This document shows, in pieces, positions 12,211 to 24,100 of a DNA stretch of 64,000 bases. Where the stretch lies: positions 1 to 64,000 of the forward strand of contig UYFQ01000852.1 of the NCBI GenBank assembly GCA_900617105.1, in the 5' to 3' direction. Numbering within the stretch: the stretch's first letter is position 1; every line of letters starts with the position of its first letter. The notes below the pieces were generated by a model, which saw nothing but the letters and a program-made list of their open reading frames with translations, did not search any database and had not been told where the DNA came from. The position numbers were made by a program, and so were the translations under genes. Source of the DNA: Hydrurus foetidus (lineage: Eukaryota).

Positions 12211-13668
12211 TTAGGCCGCGATTTCCCAGTACGGCCCGGCTGGTGTCGACAGGAGTGAGAGGCCGGCGCGACGCCCTGGCTCGATATCCGATACCAGCAG
12301 CTGATGGATGTCGGTCAACACAGGGCGACATCCGGCGACATAGCCGTGGCCCAGGAAGGACAGATCGACTTTGGTCACGCTGACCGTGTCGATATGCGGC
12401 AAGACGGTCACGGGCGGCGTGAGGCCCACCGATCCATCGCATGCAGCCCCGCGATGAGCGCACGGCGTGGTCCTTGCTGGAAACATAGAGGTCGTCCGCT
12501 CGGCGACGGCGGCGTAGGCTTTGTGCAGCATTTCAAATGTGCGGCGGTCCACATCTGGCGCCGCAAGTATGATCTGGCCGAACGGCTTTCCGGCTCCGGC
12601 GACGGCATTGGTCGCTATCCGGTTCACCGCTCGCAGCAAGCCGCGATTGCCCATACTGTGGGCGATCAGATGGACCCGACGGGCCGGCCTTGACCACAAA
12701 GTCCTCGAGGAAGGATGTGATCTGGACCTCGCTCGCCTCTATCGAAGCCTCGTCAGCGAGATAGCCCAACACGCGACCGTGGGACGGCCAGCTGAAGAAG
12801 GCCATTGCGCCGCCGGGCACATTAAGGTCGGCGCCGATCTGAGCCGCGCAGATGGCCGCCGCTTCGAAGGAGACGTTAAAACCGTGAAGGAAGACGATGG
12901 CGTCACCTGGCCCCGCCCCGTCAGCCCGTAGCGACTGGGCGACGCTAGACCAGAACGCTGGCTCTTCAGGGGCGACACCTCGTCGAGACTGAGGGCCGAT
13001 CGCCATGAACGAGCCGACGCCAGAAGCTCGGTTTGCTATCACCGATCCGGTGGGTCTTCGGAATGCTGACCCCGCTTGCCGTAGGTCAGGCGCTCTGCGG
13101 TCACCGCAGAGAAACCAACCAACTCGCCGTGTTCTTCAACAGGTTCACGGTTGGTGCCGAACCACACTTCATAGACGGGCAAGGCGGAGCTTCCTGGCCT
13201 CCGCCCTGGCTTTTGTGCTGAAGGTCAGGGTTCGACCTGTACTGCGGGCCCGATCCCGGGCGTCCCGCAACCTCGTGAGCCCGGCTTCGATGGCGGCCAT
13301 GATATCGGTCCGCAGCCCTTCATCGAGGATGCCCTCTGGCATCTCGGCCAGCACCGCGACCAGCGAGCTGTCCGCGTGGATGGCCACGTCGGCAGCGAAG
13401 GCTTCGCCTTGGTCGGCCACCGCTCGGACTTGCTCGAAAACGACTTCGAACCCCGTCGAGTCAGGCCCTGAAGAGACTCGGCCAGCGCCTCGTCGGGGTG
13501 GAGCGAGAACGCGCTGGATGAGCCCGAGCCGCTCAGCGCCCAGGTCCGAAAAGGCCGAACCGAGAAACTCGCCCCGGAAATACCGGACAGGATGGAAAAC
13601 CTGAGGGCGCTCTCGATCAGCAGATTGAGGACCACCCGCCGGATTGTATCCTTGTCGTCCATCATCAT
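12211..13668 (-). CDS. Alpha/beta hydrolase (DUF900-like), possibly with an N-terminal extension
   Basis: YEVWFGTNR, IVFLHGFNVSFEAA, FSWPS, VHLIAHSMGNR, IILAAPDVD, FLGHGY. The upstream roughly 165-aa ORF (MMMDDKDTIRRVVLNLL...) is either fused or a separate gene. Confidence 0.8.
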
Positions 13669-13745
13669 TCCGATCGGGCCGACGCGCCCGCGACGGCTTG
13701 TTGAGACGACGGCGGCCAGGCGGGTGCGGTGCGCCGTCCCAAAGC

Positions 13746-14320
13746 CTAGGCGGCGAGTGGAAACATCTTTCCACGGCGAGGGAGCCCTTTGGCAAGGGCG
13801 AAGGAGATCTCGCTCCGGGCGATCCAGGCGCAGCCAGGCCGCGCCCTCCTCCGGCCGGAGCAGGACGATCTGGCGATCATGATAGGGCTGGATGTCGGGG
13901 CCAGGCTCGGTCGTCAGCAACGCGAATGCCCTGTTCTTGACGATGCCGGCGATCCAGAACAGGCGCTCGTTCTCAAGGGTGAACCGCCATTTGGTCTTTC
14001 GCTTCTGTCCTGGCTCGGCGGCCGTGAATTCAAAGAAGCCGTCAGCGGGGACGAGGCATCGCTCCGACCCTTCGAAGCTGCGGCCGTCAGAGCGAAAGTT
14101 GAACACCGGCGGCCCATTGCGGCTGCGCCACGACCAAGGGTCGTCACCAGCTGGGGCCCGTCCGGCCCGAGCGTAATGATCGGCGCGCGATCCCTATGCG
14201 GATCCTGGCCATCGGGCCGAAGTTCGGCATCCCGCCCGGGAACACCAATCGGCTTCCCGTTCGGTTGAACTCCTCGATGACATCATCGAACGGCAGGACG
14301 AGCTGGTACTCATTGCACAT
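13746..14320 (-). CDS. SOS response-associated peptidase (SRAP/YedK/HMCES family)
   Basis: Starts MCNEY (Cys2); FNFRSDG, RCLVPADGFFEF, FALLTTEPGPDIQPYHDRQIVLL. Confidence 0.9.
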
Positions 14321-14659
14321 CGGCCGGCTCTTCGCGGGTGCCGCCGCCAATGCGGCGAACCACTCTGCATAGCGGGTATTGGCGGCCATCTTCCGATTCA
14401 CGTCCAGCGCGCCGTCGCTCCACCACACCGGGCCGCGTTCGCCCAGGGACACTTTGGCAGTCTGCACAGCGTCTCGCGCCTGCCGGAGCGCAATGGGATC
14501 GCCGACCGCCAGTGCGGACCGGACCGCGCGACGGGCATGCATGAGGTCATGAACGAGCGCCTGTCGCCGTTGCGGCGACAGGCCGGGATTGGCCCGCCGC
14601 CAGAGCCGGCCTCTGACCACGAAATAACGGCCGTCCGGAGTGACGGGATGTTCCGTCAT
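14310..14659 (-). CDS. Small hypothetical protein upstream of SRAP
   Basis: MTEHPVTPDGRYFVVRGRLWRRANP...AKVSLGERGPVWWSDGA.D.NRKMAANTRYAEWF; a conserved-looking small protein. Confidence 0.7.
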
Positions 14660-14775
14660 CGCTTCAAGCCCGATCGTTGATGATCAAGATTCTCCGCATG
14701 GTCTTTGAACCCACGATCGCCACGCTTGCTCCCATTGTGACGGCACATCGTCCACAGCCGGTCGATAACGCCGCC

Positions 14776-14812
14776 TTGACTCTCGACGGCGCAGGTAGAA
14801 CAAAAGCGGAAC
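14776..14812 (+). promoter_or_regulatory. imuA promoter with alphaproteobacterial LexA box
   Basis: TTGACT at 14776-14781 and GAAC-AAAAGCG-GAAC at 14798-14812 (GAAC-N7-GAAC) over the -10 region, upstream of imuA and divergent to the SRAP operon. Confidence 0.85.
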
Positions 14813-14841
14813 ATGTCTTTGCTCATGCCGTTCCGGAGTCC

Positions 14842-15517
14842 ATGTCCGCCCGCAGCCTCACAGCGCGTTTCTCGCCCTGCGGGCCGAGATCGCCACGATC
14901 GAGGCCGGCGATCGCGCGCCTCGGATGGTCCTGCCGTTCGGCGTGCCGGAGCTGGACGTCAAGCTGCCCCAGGGCGGGCTCGCCATCGGGGCCCTTCATG
15001 AAATCGCGGGCGGCGGAAACGGCGCCATCCATGGTTCGGCCTCGGCCCTGTTCGCCGCCGGCATCGCCGCGAACGCGAGGCCAGATCCTGTGGTGCGTCA
15101 CGCGCGCCGACCTCTTCGCCCCATCCCTTCAGCAGGCCGGGCTTTCGTCGAACCGGGTCATCTACGTCGAAGCGGAGGACGAGACCTCGGTGTTGGCCTG
15201 TTTCGAGGAAGGATTGCGCCACGGAGGACCCCGGGTGTGTCGTGGGCGAGGTGGCTCGGCTCTCCATGACCGCGTCCAGGCGTCTCCAGCTGGCGGCGGA
15301 GGGCTCCGGAACGATGGCGATCGCCATCCGGCGCTGGCGTCGTCAGACGGAGGCGGCGGACTTCGGACAACCCACTGGCCCAGACGCGCTGGCGCATAAC
15401 CGCCCTGCCGTCTTCACCCCTGCCGGTCGTCGGCGTCGGCCGCGGCCGGTGGTTTATCGAGCTCATTCGCTGCAAGGCCGGCGAGTGCGCGGATTTCGAA
15501 CTGGAAGCCTGCGATGA
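14842..15517 (+). CDS. imuA: ImuA (RecA-like mutagenesis protein)
   Basis: VLPFGVPELDVKLPQGGLAIGALHEIAGGGNGAIHG; ILWCVTRADLFAPSL; VGEVARLSMTASRRLQLAAE. Confidence 0.9.
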
Positions 15518-17034
15518 GACGGGTCGTCTCGCTCTACCTGCCGACCTGGCCGACCGATCGTCTTCGACGCCGGCTTGGGGCCGACGCGCCATCGCCTGAG
15601 ACGCCTGTGGTCCTGGTCGGGTCCGTGCGCCGCAAGCGGGTGGTCACCGCGGCCGACGCCGCCGCTCTGGCGTTGCGACTCTACCCCGGCATGGCGGCCA
15701 CCCAGGCCCGCGCCTTGTTCGCCGATCTGCAGGTCCATGACGCGGATCCCGTCGGCGACGCCGCGGGTCTCGAGAGCCTCGCTCTGTGGGCCTTGCGCCG
15801 CTACGCCCCCATCGTCGCGGCTGACCTGCCAGACGGGCTCGTTCTGGACGCGACCGGGGCGACCCACCGCCATGGCGGGGACCAGGGTTCCTCGAAGATC
15901 TCGTTGCCCAGTGTGCATCCGTCGGCATTGCCGCACGGGCCGCCATGGCTGACACCTGGGGCGTGGCCCACGCCCTTGCGCGCCACGAGCGACGAGCGAC
16001 CTGCGTGATAGAGCCGGGCCTCGGAGCTTCGGTCATCGCCCGGCTGCCTGCCGGAGCTCTTCCGGTTGCCCGAGGAGATGGTCGTCGCTCTGGGCCGGCT
16101 GGGAATCGATACGGTCGGCGAGATCGAGGCCAAGCCGCGCGCCGCCCTGGCGCGTCGGTTCGGGCCGGAGCTGACGCGCAGGCTGGACCAGGCGGTCGGC
16201 CGGACGTCGGAGCCGATCGAACCGGTCGAAGCGCCGGAACTTCTCCAAGAGCGCCAGATCTTCGCTGAGCCGATCGGCGCGCCCGAGACTATAGCGCGCT
16301 ATGTCCTGAAGCTCGTCGAGGCCCTGTGTGCAGACCTCGAAGCCAAAGGGCTTGGCGCCAGGACGCTCGATCTCCGGTTCCACCGGGTCGACAACCGCAT
16401 AGAAGCGATCCGCATCGGCCTGGCCAGGCCGGTTCGCGACATCAAACGTATGACGCGCCTCCTGTGCGACAAGCTGGAAACCGTCGATCCGGGTCTCGGA
16501 GTGGAGATCATGGTGCTGACCGCGCCCGCGACCGAACCTCTCTTCTGGAAGCCGGTCGCCACCGATCTGACCGTGGCCGCGGTCCCTGACGTGGGTGATC
16601 TCGTCGATACCCTGTCCAACCGCATAGGGGCACGGCGGCTCTATCGCCTGGCGCCGGCGCAGAGCGACGTTCCGGAGCGATCTTCGCGGAAGATCGCACC
16701 CACAGCGGAGCCGGTCGCCGAGACCTGGCCCACCGGTGGCCGAGACCCAGCCGTCTGCTCGTGCGGCCGGAACCGATCGAGACGGTCGCCCTGTTGCCCG
16801 ACCAGCCGCCGGTGTCATTCACCTGGCGGGGCAGCGCCGACGCGTCCGGCGGGCTGATGGCCCCGAGAGGATTTTTGGCGAATGGTGGCGTCGAGACGGA
16901 GAGATCGACGCGGTCAGGGACTACTTCCAGATCGAGGACGACGCCGGCGAGCGGTTCTGGGTCTTCCGCCGTGGGATGGCGAGCAGGTCGTGACCGGCGA
17001 CCTGAGCTGGTTCCTGCATGGGCTGTTCGGGTGA
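15514..17034 (+). CDS. imuB: ImuB (inactive Y-family polymerase)
   Basis: MRRVVSLYLPTWPTDRLRR; GMAATQARAL; ADTWGVAHALAR; RLAPAQSDVPERS; ADGPERIFGEWW; RDYFQIEDDAGERFWVFR; ends WFLHGLFG*. Confidence 0.92.
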
Positions 17035-17149
17035 CCGGCGTCCGCGCTTCAGCCTGCGAGCAGAGGTGCGTCACTCGCGGTCGCGGAAGTCATCAAGGTT
17101 TGTCACGAGCGGGCGCGAAGCAAGAAAGCGGCGCGCGGTTCGGGCCGGG

Positions 17150-18715
17150 TCAGCTTGCGTAGGTCTTGACCAGACGCGAGCCGGGCTCGTCGAAACTGAT
17201 GCCGCCGATCAGGCAGGCCTTGGCGACATCGGGGTAGTCGCGCGCGAGGTCAGATAGTTGGCGGCGAACCAGGCGAGAAGCAGGCGATGAAATCCCGGGC
17301 TTCGCGTTTCGCCGCGTTTCGCCCGGGTCGCGGACACCCATCACGTTGAGAAAATAGCCGAGGATCCGAGCGGATTTGAAGTTCGCGAACCGCTCCATAT
17401 CCGCAATCTCAAGATGGAATCGGCGGATCAGACGACGCCGCACCGGCCGCCAAGCGCCGCCGTCGCCAGCGCCGAAGAAATGGCTCCAGACGGCATTGTG
17501 GTGGACGCCCCACGTGCGATCGGGCTCACCCTCCACGGAGGCGACATTCAGGATCACCTCGAGCATGAGGTCGGCGAGCTGATCATAGATGTCGATTGAG
17601 AGCCGCGCCTTCGACGCCTTGGTTTCCCGAAGGGTCTCGCTTGGCTGCGCTCAGCCGGGTCACCACATCGCCAATGAAGCGGACGGTGACGGCGATCCGC
17701 TCGTACTGGTCCGTCCCCAATAGCGTCCATCCACTTCGCTCAGTTCGTAGGCATCGCGCGTGGCGCCCTCGAAGTTCTGGAAGACATCATTGAGGGCGCG
17801 TGACTGGACCACGTCCGCCGCGAGGAACGCGTCAATGAAGACGAGGCAGGCCGCGCGATAGGCGCCGTATTCAATCCCCGTCATCGCCAGGGACATCATT
17901 CGCAGGTCAGTCGGTGAAGCGTTGATTTCCGCCAGACCGTCCACCGTCTCGAAATGACCGAAGACCGCCATGGTGAAGGGCTTCGCGTGGCCAATGAAAT
18001 CCGAGCTGAACTCGTCGGCCTCGTCGTAAAGAAGGGAGTCCTGGTTCTTCAAAGCCTCCCGGACCAGGTTCTGCACCAGGGCTCGGACCGGCAGGCGATG
18101 CTTCCGCTGGATCGCCATCGCGTCGAAAAAGGGCCATCGCGGTTGTGGGCGACGCGCGGACCAGCTGACGACAGAAGCGAGCGTTCCCCATCAGTAGCAG
18201 GATGTCGTTCGCGCAGGCCTCGATCTCGCGAACGGGTTTGTCATCCTGCGGATCCCGGCGTCGGAGGATGGGACGGCAATGCTTGATGATCGCCGCCATG
18301 GACGGCGCGAGCTCGTCGGCGGCCATGGCCATGTCCGCCTCGTCGCCCTTCAGCACCCTGCGAACAAGGGCGGTGTAGAAATGCTTGGCCGTCCAGCGGC
18401 TGAAGGTCGGCGGGCCGATGAAGGCGATGACGATCCAGACGACGAGAAGAGCCAGAAAGACCAGTCCAAGGCCTGCCTGAAGGCCAGCCTGCCCAACCCA
18501 CCCGGTTAGTTTTGGCCAGCCTTCAGCGTACCAGACATCGACCAGCAACGAACCGAGGCCGATGGCCAGGATCGCGAAGAAGGTGATCCGCGGAAGGTGC
18601 AGCGGCGCACCTCCAGGCGGAAGCGATAGCGAGTCCCCGTGCTGAAGACCAGGATCAAAAGCGCGACAGCGGTCAGAAACTCGGGAAAGCCGAAGACGGA
18701 TGTGCCGGACGCCAT
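17150..18715 (-). CDS. Hypothetical membrane protein (about 3 N-terminal TM helices plus a large soluble domain)
   Basis: FGFPEFLTAVALLILVFS and LQAGLGLVFLALLVVWIVIAFIG hydrophobic segments, then consecutive frameshifted ORF pieces to 17150. Confidence 0.65.
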
Positions 18716-18773
18716 GGCGGTATTCTCCCGAACAACCTCTATCCGAGGCTCGATCAACACCGCATGGCGGCCG

Positions 18774-20282
18774 CTACGTCACGTCCAAAAGCATGTCGGA
18801 CGTGGCGGTCCATCCGAGGTCAAGAGTGCGGACCCACTCCGCCAGATCCAGATGCGCCTTGTCGTCATGCCGGATTTCAACGCGCCCGGCCTCCCCGTCG
18901 ATGACGATCGAATAGTTGTCACGCGTGTAGGCCAAACGTTTCGTGTCGGTCTGTTCGTCCAGCATTCCCGAGCCTGATCTCTTGAGGACATCGAGCTGGT
19001 TGGCGACTTTCGTAGCGCAATCGCCGCTTGTCGATCTCCACCACGACCGTGGGCAATCTGACCATCGCGAAGATGTCTCCCAGCGCCTCGGTCTCGTCTT
19101 CCCACCCTTCACGGAGGGTGAGCTGTCGCCGTATGAGGTACTGATCCAGGTCGTCGGGGATTTGCTCGCAACTCACATCGTATTCGAACAGGGTGCGACG
19201 ATCCCGCCACCCACTCTATCCCATTCAGGCTTGGCCTCGTCGCGCGCGAGCGAGAAGTGTTCCCGCGTCGCCTTGCCGATGCCGTCCAGCTCTTCGTTGA
19301 TGTGAGACCTCAGCAAGCCGGCGATGAACTGCCCTTGTCAGAAAGATATCTGGGCGGCGCATTGCCGGGCTTGAGATCCAGGGACCGGATTGCGCCGGTC
19401 TCGACACCCTCGAGGTAAGCTCGCGTATTCGGCAACTGCAGATCGGCGAGGACGACAGGCGCAACGACGACCTGCGGGATCTGGCGGATCCGGAAGCTCT
19501 GGCTGGCGGCGAGAACGGCCTGGGGTTTCTGCGTCTTCCCGGTGAGATTGAGCTGATCCACTTGCTGACCGCGCCGGCCAACCAGTCTCGCAGGGAGACG
19601 TCCGTCAGCCAGCGCTCTTCCACCAGCGCGTCGGGGGCCTTGCCCTCCAGGGCCTGTAGCAGGTGCCACGTGAACACCCCGTGCGAGAGGACGGGACTTC
19701 CCCAGGCCTTCTGGCCAGCGGAGCAGGACAGATACACCCCGACATAGTCGCCGTCGTCGAGGTAGTCCCCGATCTCGTCGGGGTTCAGGTTTTGAGGAGG
19801 GATCGCGACGAGGCATCCGTCATGTCCTCCGCACAGGCATCGATGAAGATCAGCGCCTTTTGCAGGCGCTGGCTTTCAGAGGCGTGAGGATGTCCGCCGC
19901 AAGCTGCAGGCTGGTGGTGGCCAGTTCGTCAGGATCCGAGTCCCAAGCCGTCAGCCAGTTCTCGCCGGCGGTCTGAAACCGTGGCCCGCATAATAGAAGA
20001 CGAACAGGTCATTGGCGGTCAGCGTCTTGATCGTCTTGGCCAGCGATTTCTTAAGGTCGTGAGGCTGGCGTCCTGGTCGACGTAGCGAAGCGGCGCGACC
20101 TCGCACTGACCCGTGAAGATCCAGATTGAACGTCTTTTCGACGGCAACCGCGTCATCGGTCGCCCATGGGACAGGCTTGATCTCGGCCTGTCCTTGGGGT
20201 TCTGATAGGTCTCGATCCCCACGGAGACGACCACGACCCGGTAGAATGGAGGATCCTTGTCTTTCAACTTAAGCTTGGCCAT
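18774..20282 (-). CDS. Caspase-like (peptidase C14) protein with unknown C-terminal domain
   Basis: VVVSVGIETY; DLFVFYYAGHG (catalytic His, about 19980-20010); ALIFIDACAE (catalytic Cys, about 19830-19858); YLSCSAGQKAW...HGVFTWHLLQALEG. Confidence 0.88.
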
Positions 20283-20351
20283 CTGGGCTATATAGAGCGT
20301 CGTTCCGGTCGGGCCACTCCCCGTCGTGCTTGATCGTCCTGGCGAGGTCCC

Positions 20352-21130
20352 GTGTTCGCATATTTCACCGACCGCGAGTACGCGGAGATGACGCTCAGCG
20401 ACATGGACATCGCACTTCAGGTGCTGGCGATCCGGGAAGTTCTCGAACGCAACCGCGTGGCGGGTCTTGACCGGGCGCAGGAGATCGAGACGCTTGCGGC
20501 GCATGCACGCGAGGGCGGTCGGGTCCCCATGCCGAGCGCCTGGTGGACCTCCACATCGAGGGCCTCCATTTCTCGGTCTATCAGGACGCTGCAAACAGCG
20601 CCGCCGCGGTGGCCGTGCTCGCGCCTCTGCTGGAAACAGTCTTCGTCCGCATGTTTTCCCATCTCGGAAAGTCGCGCACGAAGGTGGTCGACGCCACGTC
20701 ACGCGAGACCCTGACCAGGGCCGATCTCTGGAATCCCAGGCTGGTGTTTCGCAGCTCCGGTCGCGCCGAGGATCTGGTGTCCGGGATCAAGCAGGTGTCT
20801 GACATGAGCGGCCTCACACCCTTGCTGCCCGCTGACTACGAAACGGTCCTCAAGGCCTTGTTCGCCTATCGCAACAATATGCTCCACAACAGCTTCGAGT
20901 GGCCTGAGGCTAGGCTACGGTCATTCACCGGACAGGCCGCCCAGTGGCCAGCCACCTGGTTCTCCAAGTCCCGTCGCGGCAATGATCCCTGGATTTTCTA
21001 TATGGGCGACGCCTTCGTCGATCGCTGCCTGGCGCTCGTCGGCGAGGTCCTATCGGCCTTTGGAGCGCTTGTCCGCCCTGCTGACGACGGGGCCGCGGAC
21101 ACTCACGCGCCCCGGTTCATCCGGCGGTCT
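20352..21130 (+). CDS. Hypothetical protein with HEPN-like Rx4H motif
   Basis: Helical protein with SVYQDAANSAAAVAVLAPLLE and ALFAYRNNMLHNSFEW (RNNMLH at 20870-20887). 3' end approximate. Confidence 0.6.
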
Positions 21131-21165
21131 AGGCCGGCGTCACGACGGCCGAACGCCTCGGCATT

Positions 21166-24100
21166 TCAGACGTCCGTGTTTGCCGGCCTCAAGCCGAGAC
21201 CCATGACGGCGATCCTCACGTCAGTTCGGGAGGCCGCGACCTGTGCGATGGCGAGCGCCCGCAGATGGTCGATCAGCCCGTCGAAGCTGAGGCGCGGCCC
21301 CGCGCCCTTGCGCCAGGTTTTCTGACGCCCGTTGTCGGTGATCAGCAGACAGCCTGCCCGACAGTCTTCGTGCCTCAGATACTGACCCTGGAGCTGATCG
21401 CTCAGGGCCTTCTCCATCTGCGCCAGCGTCCATTTGTGAGAGTTTGATCTCAATGACCGCCTTGGCGGGGCTACGCACGGAGGCGAGCCTGAGATCGGTT
21501 CGCTTCGCCTCGATGACCTCACTCTCCTGGGTCAGGGTGAAGGCCCCACGGCCGGTCATCTCAAGCTTGGCGCCAAGGCTGCGGCGCATCTCTGACTCCA
21601 GATCGATCCGGGCAAGCGTCTCCCAGTCGCTGAAGTCCGAATGACCGATTTCGTGTTCGATGTCCTCCAGACGGTCCACCATGAGTTGGAACATCCCGTC
21701 TCGGTCATGGGGAGGAACCTCCAGCCCGATATCGAGGGCGAGCACCGCCTCGGGACTGAAGGCGGAGAACTCGCCGTCCTTCCCGCCTTCTCCCGCAAAA
21801 GGAACCGAAGACGGTCAGATCTCCTGGACGGTGCCCTCCTCGATAAGAGCCAGAAGCTCAAGGGCCGCCTCGGCACCCGGACGAGTCAGCAAGGCGGACA
21901 ACAACGCCTCGCGAGCCTGTTCGGCGTGATCACGAGCACCGGGAGTGTAGACGCCGTCATGGTGGATGTCGTCGGCCTCGCGAACCACCTCGAAGGCGAG
22001 CCGCGTGAGCCTGGCGATGATGGCCGGCGAGGCGTCGTGACCATGACCGCCCCATAACGCCCGAAGAGGGCGGCCAACATTTCGATGACCTGCTGATGCG
22101 TCCACGGCGAAGCGGCTTGCTCGTACATATCCATGGCGGCGACGAGGGCGGCGTTGGTGTCCAGCCGCATGAGACCCTTCAGCCGAGGGCAAGAGCGTCG
22201 GTTGGGGCGTTGCGGACGTGAGCCTCTGCCAGGACAGCCGCAGTCTCGCACTCGATCGAGGACCCGCTCGGCAATGAGGGCGAGGCACTGTTCGAGCCGA
22301 TGGCTGGCTTCGGTCCGGTCAAGTGCGCCGGTCAGGAGCCCAAGACTCGAGCGCGATCAGGATCCGGGCCAAGAAGGATTTCAAAGCCTGACTGGCCTGT
22401 CCGAGGTACTGGAGGGCGGGAAGGAAGGTGACGGACAAGGGCATGGCTAGTTCCGCCGAAAGCTCCCAGCCAAGTATCGCATCCACCTCGCTCGGCCAGT
22501 CTGTGAACAGATCCTCGAGCATCGTCCCGAAGCCGTTGAGTTCGGTGAGCGCCAATCCCGTCGCAAGACGTGCATCCTGCGCAGACAGGTTGCGGGTCCA
22601 CCCTGCAGTCGAGGCTTCGGACGCCAGGCCCGTCAGGCCACGGGCCCAGCTCTGCGGGTGCTGTCCCGGTCGGATCGAGCACTCCACAGCACCGGCCACA
22701 CCTGGCGCCAGGAGGCGGCGAAGTGGGCGGAGGCGAGCACTGCAACCGGCTCGCCGGAAGACGTCGCGCACCTTGTCTCGGTTCCAGACCTCATAGCGGG
22801 CGCTCAGGCCGCCGCGCCGCGCAGAAAGAGGTAGATATTGCGGAGGGTGTGGGCGAGTTTGTCAGGTCGGAACGCCGCGTCGGGATCGCCGTCAACGTCG
22901 CACGCCAAACCTTCCAGTCCGCCAGATGGCGCGCTTCCTTCGCTTCACGCCGAAGGCGCTCTTCGCGCCATTTCTTCTCCTCCGCGAGCTGCGCGGCGGG
23001 CGGGGAGCCGGCGGGGCGGTTCGCTCGCGCATCTCCTCCACGAGCCGCGGATCCGAGCCTGCAAAGCCGATGAGATCGGTGATATCGCTGCGCGGCCGTC
23101 CTCTCTGATTCCACAGCCTCAGCAGACCTTGCAGAACGACACCAACCGGCTGTCGCCCGACAATCCAGGAATGCTTGCTTCGAGCCAGGGCGGTCCGCTT
23201 CCAACCAACTCACCCATGAGGCTCCTCTGCATGGTGACGGCATAAAGACGGTTCCACGCATCGCCGGGGTTGGGCAGGGCGTCGAAGAGGTTCAACGACA
23301 CCCAGAACATGGGTTCTCGCCAAGACTGGCCCGGCTTGAATTTCACTGCGAGCGCGTCTCGGGGTTCATCCATGCCGATCTGACGTTCGCCGAAGCGGTT
23401 CGCGATCTCGATGGCCCATAGCAACGTCGGATCGGGAATATCGGACGGCGGCGCCGCGGCGCACAGTGCCGCCAGAGCCGGCGCCAGATAACTGAACGTA
23501 GACTTCAGAGAATGAGAAGGCGAAGCAGGATCGCGTCCGTCCCAGATCAGCTGTGCGAGGCCGGTTCGGAGTCGGGCCGCTTCGTCTTCAGCTAGGTCGC
23601 GGCCAACGAGCTGACGCATCTCCCATCCAAAGCCGCCTGTCACGGACTTGGTTTCCGGGTCTCGCGTATGATCGAGCAGCGCCTCGGCCGATAACCAGGT
23701 CGGGTAGAGGTAGGGTGCGACCTGCCGTCGGGCTCGGGCCGGCCACTCCGAGAGATGCGACCGCATCCGCGCCGCGATCCGTGTCAGCGCGTCCGCCGCC
23801 TCGATCGCCCGCAAGGCCTCGACCGCCACCGCCCGCTGGTCAGACGCGGCGTCCACATCCAGGGCCAAGCTCGGCAGGTCGGCGCAATCGCTCAGCCGGC
23901 CTTGCCAGATGACCTCGAGAAGCAGGTCCTGGCATCGGGGCTGTCGGCCGCGGGCCATAACGCCCGGACGGTCGGCCCAAGATCCGGTTGAGCGAGCCTG
24001 CGCACTTCATCGAGCGGGATGTTCACCCGCGCCAGCCTCCGGCCGAAGGTCTCCACGAAGCTGCGAAGGAGGGCCGAGCGCGTCTCCGTCGCCAGACTCT

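Noticed and set aside
14144..14659. Apparent in-frame fusion of the small hypothetical protein to SRAP
   Set aside because: SRAP needs a free N-terminal Cys2, and a stop lies just after in a neighbouring frame; probably an indel artefact.
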